From Felis catus (taxonomy: Eukaryota), in contig NC_058383.1 of NCBI RefSeq assembly GCF_018350175.1, positions 25,422,001-25,486,000 on the forward strand: DNA of 64,000 nt, read 5' to 3'. Numbering within the stretch: position 1 is the first letter of the stretch; each line of letters starts with the position of its first letter. Below, piece by piece: positions 1-13,559 of this stretch. A model generated the notes under the pieces. It was not told the origin of the DNA. It saw nothing but the letters and a program-made list of their open reading frames with translations, and did not search any database. The translations under genes were made by a program, and so were the position numbers.

Positions 1-2349
1 GTAAAAAGAAATAAACCTTTATTGTTTAAGCCACTGAGACTTAGAAGTGGACGAGGTCTTGGGGGGTTGTTACTATAGCAAGTCTGGCCTTTCCTGATTA
101 ACAGTGCAAATGTCAATCAGAGCAACATGCCTCTCTCATTTGATCCAAGCCAGCTGAACTTTCTGAGGATGGAGAGAAATAAAAAACCATTGGTTCTGAT
201 TCACAGCAACACTGGCCCTCTAGGTGTGTTCTGGCCACATCAGGAAATCCATGCCTGTATCCAGTCCATGATGCTATGATTCAACATGGCCATAGGGCTC
301 CTTTACATTATCTCCTTTCCAAATTCATTTATGAGTCTTTAAAGGTGACAGGATAGAAATGAACTCATGTAACCCAATGGTTAAGGATTTGGGATCTGGA
401 GTCATATTGCCTCTATTTAAATCCAGTCCCCTAGCAAATGACCTTGATCATAACTCTCAAAACCCCAATTTCCTTATTGGTAACATGGGCCTAGTAACAG
501 TCCCTAGTCTCAAGATTTAATAAATCAATATATGTAAATTACTTAGAACAGGGTGTGGCACAATTAATACAATGAAATGAGCTGTTATTGTTTTGTGCCA
601 CATACTAACCATATTTCCCATTTAAGACTGTCATAAATACTATTATACTCTCCTGCGTGCAGAGGAGGAAACTGGGGCTCAGAAAGGTTATGTAACTGGC
701 CCTGGATTAAGCAGCTTGTCAGGGAGGTAGCCAAGATTCCAAGCCATGTCTTTCTGCCCCATCCCTACTTCTTGGCTTCCCCAACACCAGCAGATAAGGG
801 AAGCCAAGGTTTATTAAGCACCTATTAATGTTCCAGGAACCAAGCTTAATGCTTTTGAATATACGGTTCCAATTATCCCCCAACAGCCCTATGAAGTATG
901 TCATATCACCCCCCCCCAACTTAGTGCATGAAGAAGCTGACTCTCAGCAAGGTTAATTAAATTGCTGAAGGTCATACTGCTAATAAGAGCAACCGGGCTT
1001 TGGATCCAGGTCAGTGTGACTCCAAAAGCTCATTCTACTGTGCCTGGCTACCTCTCACTATAATTAAAGCTATTTATTGGCTTGCATTTATGTCCCAAGC
1101 AAAGTGTAACTGTCACAGCTCCCTTTGAGGCAAGGCATGTCGTCCTCAGGAAACTGAGGCTTGATGGGCTAAATTCATCCATCACCCAAGTACACAGCTC
1201 TACTGAAGTAGCAGAGGCAGGACTGGAACTCAAATCTGCTCCTCCACAGTGTTTGCTCTTTCCTGACACCAAGCTCTGGAGGCTAAAGGCTTCCTGCAAT
1301 GATGAAACATTTTCTCATCATTTTACTGGCCACATCATAGCTGTGACATATCGGCTCATTGATTTGGAGGCTTTTATTGTAATTCAGAATTCACAATACT
1401 TTGACCAAGAATGAAGTTTCTTTGCATGCTATAAAAAAGGACTGGGCTAGCAAATGAGGGGTGAAAATAAGATATTAGGCTCTTCTTGACACATGCAAGC
1501 CGTGTATTCTTACAAAAGCTCACACATCTGAAAACTGCATCCATTTGAGGAAACAGTCCCCAGAACTATTGGGAAGGACTTCAGGGAGCCAGCTTTGGTA
1601 GCTGATTAATGGTCTGAAGCTAGTGATATCAGGAGCTGGTGAGGCTGGTCAGGCTCTACCCCACAGATGAGAGATGCTGTCAACCCCTCAACCCCTTGTG
1701 AGGGTGGCAAAGCTAAGTCCCAGCTTGCCTCCTATCTGCTTCCCTGGGGGAGACCAGTTCCTCACAGCAGTCCCAGTGAGGGTCTTAATGAACTTTTGGG
1801 AATGTGATCTTTCCCACATAATAGATTAGTTAGAATCCTTTCTGTAAAGAGGCAAGGACAAATCACAAATGGTTAATGAAACAAAAGCAAAATTTGCAGT
1901 GAGATAAATCTTCTCTTGGACGTTCCAATTAGAAGAGCCAACAACGCCTCTGTCTAGAGAATGGAAACCTAAAGGTGCAGAAGGAAAGGCAGCCTGTGGC
2001 ACTGCACTGCTTGGCAATGCCCCCTGTATTACAATAACCTTGATATTCCTCACACCGGTGTGCATAAGATCACAAAAGAGCCAAAGACAAAGCTCCTGCT
2101 ATTTCAGAATCACATGAGGCAAACATGAGTAAACCAAGAAAGCCTTGATGTTTTGCCTTCTTAAGAGGACATACTGTTTTAATTCGTGTTAGCATATTAA
2201 TTGCCCTTATGCAGCTGGGTGCTGCTAATTACAAATGAATGGTGTTTATTCATTATAGAAGACCCAGCAGGAAAGTCTCTCTACTTAGCAACACTATGTT
2301 AATTTGAGTTTGGCTTTCAAAGGTCATAAAACTGCTTTGAATTAAAAGA

Positions 2350-2510
2350 TTTTTTTAAAATATATGAAATTTATTGTCAAATTGGTATCCATACAACACC
2401 CAATGCTCATCCCAAAAGATGCCCTCTTCAATACCCATCACCCACCCTCCCCTCCCTCCCACCCCCCATCAGCCCTCAGTTTGTTCTCATTTTTTAAGAG
2501 TCTCTTATGC
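2350..2510 (-). mobile_element. Young feline-type L1 3' end, 5'-truncated
   Basis: PolyT then GAAATTTATTGTCAAATTGGTATCCATACAACACCCAATGCTCATCCCAA...CCCTCAGTTTGTTCTCA; similar flanks TTAAAAGA / TTAAAGAGA. Confidence 0.85.
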
Positions 2511-4149
2511 TTAAAGAGAGAGTTGTTTCTCCTTCTCTCCTCTCATTGCATGGAACTTCTACGTGGAGATCTTCTGGCACTATCCCAGCTCCCTTGCTCC
2601 TGTGATCAGTGCAAGCCTGTTTTACTAGTGGGCAGGTAACCCTGTTAAACACCTACTGCAAATGTATGGTGTACCCTCTTTGCCTCCGCGGTTTATTTGC
2701 TTTTCTTTTTTTTTTTTATTTGCTTTTCAATATCTGCACTTGAATACTGCAAAGCGATCTCTCCCCTTCTGTCTGCATGTAGGAAGCACCCCTCACCATC
2801 AACCAGATTTTCTGTTTGTGCTTCCTTGCACGTGCCTGGTTGTACATCTGACCAACTTTACATTGACCGGCTAGCTGTCTTCAAGTTAGGAATTAAGGAA
2901 GTAAGAGACCCCATTCTGGGCTTGGATCTAAGCTGTTTCTCATTCCAGTTTATTACCTGAGAGCCCTGAATCTGGGGGGTGGGGGATGGCAGAGTACTTT
3001 TCTATGTAATCAAAGTGTTCTTTCTCATTTGGCTTGATGGCTATTGTACAGGGTCAACTGGACAGAGCATGCAAGAGGCAGCAGAAGGGGTGCCCCCTGA
3101 ACCACTCTTGAAGTCTATAATATAGATAATTCAAAATTATCTTTATCACGATTAGTCTAAAGTATTAAAAGTTCAAGCCGTATATTTACCTCCCCTGTAG
3201 AATGACCTGAATTCACTGCTATCCAATTCTGCAATAAAAGAGTTGATATTTATTGAAGTACCAATCTTCATCCTAATTTCCTTACATGTGTTATCTCATT
3301 TTCCTCCTACAACAATCATACAAGACAGTACTATTATTCCCCTTTTTCAGATGAGGAAACGGAGTCACTGAGAGCTCAAACAGCCTGCCCAAAGTCACAG
3401 AGCAAAACAATATGAAAGTGGAAACTGATTATGTCTTACTCCAAAGCTCTGAATCACTGCTTTACAGTGAACCATCAGTAACTCAAGGCTTTTCAATATA
3501 GAAAAAGACACTGTGCTGGGAAAATTGGGAGAATACAAAGTTCAACTGGATAGCCTGACAGCAAAGTCCTCTTCATAACTTCTGGGGCATAGCTGCAAGC
3601 TGTAAGACGCATCACTCCATACCAAGGCATTTTAGAAGTTCAGATTTTAAAAATCAATAAAACGTAACCCATCAAACTATTGAGGAGTTTGGTTACTGAC
3701 AGGATAAGAAATAAGCCTAGAATTGCTTGTAACTACCATGAGGCAAGACCTTGTTTCTTTGAAAATGCAGACCACATTGAGAAGAGAAGACTGAGATGAG
3801 GAGAGAGAGAGAAAAACTAAATGTTAATCTCATGATTCAAGCCCCTGGATCCACCCATACCTGCATATTTACTTTTCTAAAATTACCCGAATGAATTGCT
3901 ATCCAATTCTTCCATGTCCTGATACTTATAATTAAAAATCAATTTTGAACTCCTCCTAAACTTTTTCAATTACATGAATCTATACATGTTCCCTTCCTTA
4001 TTCAATTGTGAGTTGGATTTTCTGTCATTTGCACATGCAAGAGTCCCGAGTACATACATTAGTTTTATATTGTTGTTATTTTTCTCTTTATTATTAATAT
4101 CATTATTTTTATAGCACATGGGTAAATCATTTAACTGTGGATTTGGAGG

Positions 4150-5445
4150 TCCTCAAACTTTACCTCAAAACAAACACAAAAATTAATTCCAGATGGGTCA
4201 TAGACTTAAACATAAATCTAAAACTACAAAAACTTCTGAAACAAAACATAAGATAATATATTTGAAACCTTGACTTAGACAAAGATTTCTAAGGACAGAA
4301 AAAAAATTAACCATAAGAATTTTTAAATAATAGGGGCACCTGGGTGGCTCAGTCAGTTAAATGTCTGAATTTGGCTCAGGTCATTACCTCCTGGTTGGCA
4401 AGTTCCAGCCCTCATCAGGCTCTGTGCTGACAGCTCAAAGCCTGGAGCCTGCTTGGGATTCTGTCTCCCTCTCTTTGCCCCTCCCCCACTCATTCTCTTT
4501 CTCTCTTTCAAAAATAAATAATAGAAACATTAAAAAAAGAATTTAAAAATTTTAAATGATGGATTAAACTTTATCAAAACTAAAAACTTGTGTTCTTCAA
4601 AAGATATCATTAGTCACTATACTGTACACCTGAAACTGATAAAACACTGTATGTTACCTAGTTGAATTTTTTTTAAAAAGGATGTCATTAAGAAAATGAA
4701 AAGGAGAGGCATAGACTTGGAGAAAATATTCACAATACATACATCTGACAAAGAATTTGTATCCAGAATACATAAATAAGTCATACAACCCATAATAAAA
4801 AATATCTAATGGGCAAAAGACTTAAACAGATATTTCACAAAGCAGATACTCAAATGGCCAATGAGCCATATGAAAAGATGCTGTATATCATTAATCTTCT
4901 GGGAAATCCAAATTAAACCCACAATAAGATACTACTTTACACCCCTAGAAAAGCTAAAACTGAAGACTGATAACCCCAAATGTTGGAGAGTACATGGACC
5001 AGCTGGAACTCTCACACATTACTAATAGACATGTAAAATGTTAAGAATCACTCTGAAGAAACAGTTTGGCAGTTAGTTAAACACACACCAGGAATGATCC
5101 AACAATTTTACCCCCTAAATAGCCAAGAGAAATGAAAATACGTGCCCCCAAAATAACTTTTTGTAAGAATGTTCAGAGCAGCTCTATTAATAATAAGCAA
5201 AACCTGTAAATGATTCAAATGTTATCAAGAGAAATTTCAATATATTAATACAATGAAATGATATCAATAAAAATAAAGAATATATACAATAACATACATG
5301 AATCTCAAATACATTATGATGAGTGAAAGAAGCCCAGAAACAAGAGACTACATATTGTCTGATCCCATTTACATGAAATTTTAGCACAGACAAAACTAAG
5401 CTGTGGTGATAGACATCAGATCAGTGGTTGCTTGGGTGGGAGTAG
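4150..5445 (+). mobile_element. Old L1M ORF2 3' end plus 3' UTR, containing a SINE and a short carnivore L1 tail (~4615-4680)
   Basis: CACAAAAATTAATTCCAGATGG, GGGCAAAAGACTTAAACAGATATTTCACAAAG, GAATCTCAAATACATTATGATGAGTGAAAGAAGCC. Confidence 0.88.
4333..4540 (+). mobile_element. Can-SINE (SINEC)
   Basis: GGGGCACCTGGGTGGCTCAGTCAGTTAA head, CT-rich tract, A-rich tail. Confidence 0.93.
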
Positions 5446-5720
5446 GAGATAATCAAATTAACATTCCTTTCTTCATGAAGAAGTGTAACAGACATACAGC
5501 ACTTTAATAGTATATGGTATGAGAGCAGTATACAACAGTATATCAGTATAAGCATGGAGATTTTGGAACTAGAATGCCCAACTCAAATCCTGGCTTGATA
5601 ACATACCAGATGTATGATCTTAAGCAAATTACTTAACCTCTCTTAACCTTCATTTCCTCATCTGTATTAATTCTACTTACCCCATAGGATTGTTGGAAAT
5701 TTAAAGGAGATAGTATTTGG

Positions 5721-6189
5721 TATAGGAGGTTAAATAAGGTCTCCCTAAAAGTTCATTCCAGAACCAGGAATGTGACCTTAGGAATATGACCTTATTTGGA
5801 AATAGGGTCTTGGCAGATATAATTACGACAAGGATCAAGATGAGATCATGCTGGGTTGAGCAGGATCGGGGAGGGGGGAGTGCTAAACCCAATGACAATG
5901 ACAGAAAAGGACACACAGAGACATAGAGAAGTGATGTGAAGAAGAAGGGAGATGATGTTGGAGCGATGCATCTATAAGCCAAGGAGCACAAAGAATGGCC
6001 GGTCACCATCACAAGCTGGGAGACAATCATGGGATGGTTTCTTCCTCAGAGGTTCCAAAAGAAATCAACCCTACCAACACCTTGATTTCAGACTCCTGGC
6101 TTCCTAACTGTGAGAGGAGAATTTCTGTTGTTTTTAAACCACCAAGTTTGTGGTAGTGTATTATGGCAGCCCTAGGAAATAAATATATA
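5721..6189 (+). mobile_element. MaLR solo LTR (MLT1B/C-like) inserted in a MIR
   Basis: GACCTTATTTGGAAATAGGGTCTTGGCAGAT...CACCTTGATTTCAGACTCCTGG...GGCAGCCCTAGGAAA. Confidence 0.88.
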
Positions 6190-6310
6190 AGTTAAGGGCC
6201 AGGCTCAATAAATGGATTTTTGTATACCTAAATAGTTTTTACAGTTATTAAAGAGCAAGGGCCCTGCCCTATGTCCCTGTGAATACCTTGCAGCATCTAG
6301 CTAGGATGTT

Positions 6311-6682
6311 TGTATTCATTTCCTGAGGTTGCCATAATAAAATACCACAGACTGGGTGGCTTCAACTATAGAAATTTATCTTCTTGTCATTCTGGAGGCT
6401 AGAGGTCCAAGATCAAAAGTTGGTTTCTTCTGAGACCTTGTTCCTTAGCTTGTGTATGGCTACTTTCACCCTATAACTTCACATCATGTTTTCTGTACAT
6501 GTCTGTGCCCAAATTTCCTATTCTTATAAGGACCCCCATTATATTGGATTATGGCCCACCCACTTAGCCTCAATTTATTTATCTCTTCTAAGACCATATC
6601 TCCAAATATGGTCCCACTCTGAAATACTGGGAGTTAGGACTTCAACATACGAATTTTGAGAGGACACAACCAAGTCCATAGA
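6311..6682 (-). mobile_element. MaLR solo LTR (MLT1-like)
   Basis: GTTGCCATAATAAAATACCACAGACTGGGTGGCTT...TCTGGAGGCTAGAGGTCCAAGATCAA. Confidence 0.87.
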
Positions 6683-7704
6683 TAGGGTCTTCTAATTACC
6701 AAATAGCCTGGTACATCCTCACCAATAATAAATGCTTATTGTACTACTGGGTCTACAGCTTGCAAAGATGATCCAATTGTACTCAACAAGGATTTGCTGA
6801 GGCTTGATGTAGCGCCCATGGAGGTGCTCTGCTCAGATCTTCCTTCAAGAGAACCTACTGCAGGGAGCAGGGCTGGTCTACAGATTCTAGCCATAGCACC
6901 TTCATTAACTATTGCAGCATTTCTGACAGGCCATGCTTCCCTGGGCTTCTCCTAGCCCAAGACTGAGCACAAGAGGGAAGTGGGAAGCAGATATGAGCCA
7001 TTCTTGTCTGCTGTAGGATTCCTCTCATGGGCAGCTTTTGCTCTGTGTCTCCCCATCAGCTTGCGACTTGCCCCAAATCTGACACAAAACTTTAGAAGAG
7101 CCAGAATTCCAATTCAGTCCACCCACCCACATCAAAGCCCCCACCTCTTCTCTCATGCCACACTGCTCCCCAGGCAGCTAGAAGGGCAACCTGCCAACAG
7201 GTGGCTAAGGGTACAGTGGAATGGGCCACTAGGACAATTCCTGTCCTTTCTGTATATTGAAGGGGTTGGACTAGCTGATTTTTAGTTCCTTTCCTGTACT
7301 GACATTTTATTCTAGGTGGTTTGTTATCTCTTCTTTTGACACTGCCTGAACTATTCGAGACAAGTCCCTGCTTTAAAAATAATGATAAAACTGCCTGTCA
7401 GTGGAAATAAGCCCCACACACTATCTCACTAATAGAAGCAGGAGAATTTCTGAGATACCTCCATGAGTTCGTTAGGTATGCAAGATTAAACTCGAATTCA
7501 TCTCGGCTCAGTCATACGCGCTCTGAAACTGAATTGAAGAGGATGAAATTTTCAGTGTTTTAGCTGGTTCAACACAACCAGCTCTCTGGTCTCTGAGGGA
7601 GACCCAGACAAATATGCAGAAATCTGCCCATTGGAAGATAGAGGCTTCTAGATGCCAACAGCCTGGTACACCCTGACCAATTCAGAGACGTAGCAGACAG
7701 GGTA

Positions 7705-7935
7705 AGCATGCAGACTCTGGAGTTAGAATCCCTAGGTTCAACCCCACCACTTGCTAGATGAGTAGCCTTGAGCAAACTTCTTCATCTTGCTGTTCCTCAA
7801 TTTCCTCATCTGCAAAATGGGGTGAATGATAGAGGCCATACTATTGGTTATTGTGAAGAATAAATAAACCAATGCATGAAGTTAGTGCAGTCCCTGGTAT
7901 ATACAAAATGCTTAGTAATCTAAGTTGTCATTATT
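7705..7935. mobile_element. MIR SINE (representative of many; others near 375-590, 3270-3460, 8735-8985, 39845-40080, 48245-48480, 52435-52660)
   Basis: MIR core CCTCAATTTCCTCATCTGCAAAATGGGG flanked by CTCTGGAGTTAGA and ATTGTGAAGAATAAAT. Confidence 0.85.
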
Positions 7936-10399
7936 ATACAATGCCTTTCCAAAATTGTCTAGAATGCTCTGTTGCTCACTGGACACAGCTCAAACTCCGG
8001 ATCATACTTGCAAGACCTTTTGCACTTTGACCTCTGATTATCCACCCCTCCAGCCTTGCCTCTTGCTTCTGGCATCCTTTCCAATCCCTACACAATGACT
8101 TGCAATCCCCTGAACGTTCCCTACTCTCTCTTCCCTTCCCCACCACTGTTGTCACATACAAATTCCTGCTCAACCTTCAGAGGTCACCTTCTCCAGAACC
8201 CTCTCCTAACTCCTCCAGCAGGCAGGAAGACTGGATTAGGGGGTGCAGGAAGAATCTCCATGCAGCATGAGGCTTGGTCCTGTTGGGGCATGACAGTCCT
8301 GGGAAACTGCCCTTCAATTCACCTCACCCTACAGTGAGCATATGAGCATGTGCTGGGTGTCACCAGGGACCCACCCTTGGTGGGCAGGTAGGCAAAGGGT
8401 CAGCTTCTCCCAAAGTGCAAGGAGGGAGCAGGATGTCTATGATGAGGACCAAAGGAAGTTTCTTCTGAGGATCAGACTGGATCCTCTCTCCTCCCGGGCA
8501 GTATTGTTGGTAGCTGGGTGCCTTTGTGAGAACTTGGAAGCTACATATTATGTGTGGGATTTTTCTTATTCAGTAAATATTGTATCCTTTACCCATGACA
8601 TCTGGCTTCCTCTTCTCCCAACACACCATCATCATCTCCATTACAACACATGGTGCCTCTCTTCCAAGATCCCATGGCACCCTAGTATTTTTTTCTCTTA
8701 CAGTCCTCCTCATGCTGTATATACTAACATGTTGAAGAGTGTATTCAAGAACCAGACTGCTTGAGCTCCAATTCCTGATTCTCCATTTATCAGCTGTGTG
8801 ACACAAGGCAACTTACTTAACCTCTCTGCACTTTGGTTTCCACATCTGTACAATGGATAATACTAATATTTTTCTCACAGTGTTGTTGTGAGGACTGAGT
8901 TAATAATACAGGTGAGGCTTTCAGAATAGCACCTAGTACACAGAACTTGTTCAATAAACTAGTAATCATTACTATGACTGTTAACTTGTGTCTCCCTCCC
9001 TGTTCCCCACTGGGTTGTGAGGTCCAAAAGACAAGTGGCTATCTGCAGAGTTCACCCTTTGCCCCTAACACAGGATGTAATACAAAGCAGGTACTCAATA
9101 AATATGTGTGAAAATCAAAGAAAGACAAAGAGAAGAGGGGAGGGTTGGAGTGGAGAGGAGTGCCTTGCAAGTTGTTTAATTGCAAACTCTCCATTACAAA
9201 TAGAAAATCATCTAGAACTGAAGAAAGCCAGATAAATCAATGTCTACCCAAATGGAACCAATAACACTTTTTTGTCTGCCAAAATCATGTAACTATTCTC
9301 AACCACTGAATATATCATAATTCTTTACAAAGAGGTCATTATTTGTTATTTGGAGGAGGGGACTATGACACATGAGCAGTTACTAAAAGGACACACTGGA
9401 TAGCACAAACTGACTCCCTCCATGAGACCAGAATCCAGCTGTTTCTTCAGAGAGCTTTGCTGCAGGTACATCTCAGTCCCAGCTGCTGCCTGTAGAGGCT
9501 GGGCAAAAACCAGTCCATCACCTCAACACTTGCCCTGCAGTCCCTCAGATCAACCTCAGATTTGCAGATGGAATCCCTGATTTTACTAACAAGGGATCTG
9601 TTCTCAGCTGCACATTCACATTACCCAAGTTCTCAAGATTAACGTTTAAAACCGCCAAGTTAATTGAATAGTTGTCAGCACAGAATCCTCAAACAGGTTG
9701 GACTTCTCTAACTCCAAGTGACTGGCACTTTCTCTCCCTATCAACAGCCAGGTAACATTCAAAGTTCATGTGATGATTAGATACTCAGAGCTGGAGGAGC
9801 TGGAGGAATCAAATGCTCAGCAGCATCAAGATAAGACGCATCAATCTCCTACTAACAGATGGTCTAGCCTCATATTTCTTAAACGTCATTCAGGAACATT
9901 CATATGACTTTGTGTTATACCTATTGGTACTATTATTTACTGCCTTGATAAGGGAGTCCTGGACAATCCCTTTGTGAGGTGGGGCAAGGAGCCCCCAAAC
10001 TAACACTTTTTTATGTCAAGAGTTTTTTTTTTCTTTTGTCACCAGAGAGCTCTCAATATCACCAACGGCTATAGGTATTCTCTAAATATAAAACTGGATT
10101 TGCAACTTATTTAATCACATAATGATTGAGGGGAGATACCAGTTGTATATTGAAATGTAAGAATGTGCTTGCCTTTCATAATTGTGTAATGTTAAAGATT
10201 GCTGTTTTTATAAGCCTGGTCAGCCCCATTCTGGGAATCTTAGAAATCATTAATTAAGTTAGGTCTGCTCACATGGCCAATACTCCAGGGCAGCCAGAAA
10301 GAATGGATGCTCACCCAGTTCTTTCCATTACTACATAGTGGTTCTCTACTGAGAACCACTGATTGAAATTCTCATCTTCACTGAGTAGACACAGATAAA

Positions 10400-10586
10400 A
10401 TTTTATTCATTTTTGAGACAGAATGAGTGCAAGTGGGGAAGGGGTGGGGGGGAGGGGTGGATAGAAGATCCAAAATGAGTTCTGTGCTGACAGCAGCAAG
10501 CCTAATGTAAGGGTCAAACTCATTAGCCATGAGAGCATGACCTGAGCCGAAGTCATGCTCAACCTACTGAGCCACTCAGGTGCCCC
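10400..10586 (-). mobile_element. Can-SINE
   Basis: Ends CTGAGCCACTCAGGTGCCCC on +; T-rich tail upstream. Confidence 0.9.
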
Positions 10587-11392
10587 AGTGTTGGAATGGT
10601 AAGTTTGAAGATCAAAAAATTATAGCTCTTTACTCCTTTCTTTGACTAGGGATCTCCCCTTCTCCCTACTGGGTTTAGGAAAGTTTGGGTATCATTAAAG
10701 TTCACACATATTTAATCTAATCCTTACACATCTGCATTCCTTGTGCAAAGCCCATTCATTTGGTGAGAAAAGAACCTGCTTCCAACTCCTCTGTTGGTAC
10801 TAGAAAGTTAGTCTTTAATCAAACTGATGAATTTACATGACTTTTTAAAGGTCAACTCTCTTGTATATTACTTGAATACACTTATTTTTTAAATAAAACT
10901 TTATCCCTCTAATCTATAATTATTTCACAGATATAAACAAATGGAATATCACTTGTCAGAAATAGAAGGCAAAATAAATACAAATAAAATAAGGCAATAC
11001 CATTGAACTCTAAATAGACACCATGGTTTGCTAAAGGCACTGAAACAGAAATCTGCCTTCTTTGTTAAAAAAAAAATCACTTCATGTTAAAGAAGTGTTA
11101 AAGATATAGTTAGTAGCACAAGACTGAGACTTACTTATTGATATAATCAGAGTAACTGAAAAAGAATTTTGTGTGAGAAATAAAATCTTGCCAGTGGAAG
11201 AGTGGGATTCGGGTGTTATTTCATGCTACTATAATGTACCTTGTCAAGTCATTTCACATGCCATGCATGGACATGTTCCACCCTCCAGGAACTTTACTGT
11301 GCCAATGAAAACAAAATACTCAAATGGCTGTAATTTCTTTACATCCAACCCCACATTAGAGATGGTCTTATCAATATAAAATCCACTGGTCA

Positions 11393-11866
11393 CCTCAACA
11401 TGATAAAGGCCATTTATGAAAAAGCAATGGCTAACATGAAACTCAATTATGAAAGACAAAAAGCTTTTTCCTTAAGATCAGAAAGAAGACAAAGATTCCC
11501 TCTTTTAGCACTTCTATTCAAAATAGTATTGGGAATTCTAGCCAGAGCAATTAGGCAAGAAAAAGAAATAAAAGGCATCCAAATTGGAAAAGAAAAAGAA
11601 AAATTATTTCTGTTTGCATATGACATAATCTTATTTATAGAATGCCCTGCAGATTCCAGTACACACAAAAGAAGTTGTTAGAGCTAATAAATTCAGCAAA
11701 GTTGTAGGATACAAAGTCAACACACAGAGATCAGTTGCATTTCTATGCACTAGTAATGAACAACCTGAAAAGGAATTCAGAAACAATTCCACTTACAATA
11801 ACATCAAAGAGAATAAAATATTTAGGAATAAACTTAACCAAAAAAGGTGAAAAGACTTATACATTG
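11393..11866 (+). mobile_element. L1 ORF2 reverse-transcriptase fragment (5' part of the L1 hosting the ERV)
   Basis: ORF 11400-11681 reads IKAIYEK...LARAIRQEKEIKGIQIGKE...LFAYDII (decayed FADD); continues through FSKVVGYKVN and KYLGINLTK. Confidence 0.95.
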
Positions 11867-12243
11867 TGTTAAAAAAGAGACAGCAGGCCCCAAATGGAGC
11901 CATTGTGCCAAACCCCACATCAGCAAACTAAGACATAACACCTAACCTAACTATAGTTTCAACCCCCCAGGAATGTAACCTTTAACCAGTCAACATGGAA
12001 TTACCTGGACAGCACTGATGAGATAATCTAACCCATTAAGGATGTGACCTCATCTGAAATAATACACTCTTTGGTAATAATTTCTTTTTTTACCCCCTTT
12101 CTACCTTTAAAAACCTTTCCTGTTCTACAGCTCAGCAGCACTCCTTTTCTACTTGCGAGATGCGATGCTGCCCAATTCATGAATCATTGAGTAAAGGCAC
12201 TTTGACCTTTAAATTTGCTCAGTTGAATTTTTGTTGTTTAACA
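11867..12243 (+). repeat. 5' LTR (377 bp)
   Basis: Starts TGTTAAA and ends TTTAACA (perfect 7-bp inverted termini, TG...CA); TATA-like TTTAAAAA at 12106-12113; variant polyA signal AGTAAA at 12190-12195; first 140 bp align with 21269-21393. Confidence 0.92.
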
Positions 12244-12247
12244 GATT

Positions 12248-12265
12248 TGGTGGTATCAGTGGTAC
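12248..12265 (+). promoter_or_regulatory. Primer-binding site, degenerate, probably tRNA-Leu
   Basis: TGGTGGTATCAGTGGTAC 4 nt after the LTR end; about 13/18 match to TGGTGGCAGCGGTGGGAT, the complement of the tRNA-Leu(AAG/TAG) 3' end as I recall it. Confidence 0.65.
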
Positions 12266-13069
12266 CAAAAGAGACTTTCAAGAGCTTCAGATACAACAAG
12301 AAACACAGGTGTGGTACTCCACAAACCCTCTAACTTCACTGTCTTTCTCGTTTCCAAGGGCTGTGGGTAGGTTCATACTTGGTTCTGAGCTCTGCTCTCT
12401 GTGTCAAGTTCCCAGTCTAATTGGCTTTCCAGTTAGCTTTCCATTTGTCTGAAATCACTAGTTCCATGTTGGAAGCTGCTGGTAGTTCGGACCATAATTC
12501 CCCTTTTTATTGGAAGCCCCAGCTCCTGGTTCTGCCCTCAGATTCCTTGTTGGGAACGGTTGGTGGCCACTACAGTTCCTCATTTATTTGAAATCAGCCT
12601 GAAGTCCCCATTACATGGGGTTTGCTGGTTCAATTTTTTCCCAAATCTCCAGTTCCACATTGGGACTTGCTGGTGGTACCCACAAGGCCTTTTCTTGGCC
12701 AAGACATGGTATCATCTCTTGGCTACAGCTAATACATTACAGTGTACATATTAGTTTGACTTATTTTGTGTGGATAGAGGCTATTGCTAAAGAGGATCTC
12801 GGGGACCAAAGAGTTGCAAAAGTTAGGGGCCACTGGTCAAGCATTTAACAACTGTTAGCAACTGTTACCAACAAACCAGAGACTCCAGTGTTGGGATACA
12901 CTGGTCACAGAACAGGTTAGATTGACACTAAGTCACCAACCAACCTCACACAAGTTTCGGTGCAGGTACACTGTAGAATACTGCACAATCCCCAATCTAG
13001 TGGCACACCCCTTTTAGGTATTCATTCAGAACCTAAAAACCCAAAGGCTTAGCTAAGGGGATCTTTAAA

Positions 13070-13102
<33 letters not shown>

Positions 13103-13559
13103 AAGCACGCCACCTTCCGGTACACCTTCTTATTTTAGGTCTAAAGACTGTGGCCCTGGAAGCTATAAATATCTATAAAAATGGCTAAACCTTACTAAAA
13201 ACAACCTAGAATTACAATGGCCATTATGGGGAACATTCCAATTAGACAAGATTGTTCATTTAAGAAGCGCACTTGAAAGTAAGGGTTCCCAAATTAAACA
13301 AACAGAATGGGATACCTCTTGTAATTAGTATGCAGAAGCTTCCAAAAGGCTTCAAGATTCCAAAATAGCTTCATTAAAAGACTTGTTACAAAAGGCTAAT
13401 GAAACATTAAAGACACAAGAGGTTCTTAAAACAAAAGATGATAGGACTGACATGACTCCTACTGTTCCCTTTTACCCTTCTCTACCTGAGTACTCACATT
13501 TCAATAATTCCGTCTGAACTGTCTTTCCACTCTGAACAGATTATTAAAGTTACCCTTTA

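Noticed and set aside
13072..13100. Long polyA at the start of gag as a separate retro-insertion
   Set aside because: No TSD is visible; expansion of an A-rich codon run is a simpler explanation.
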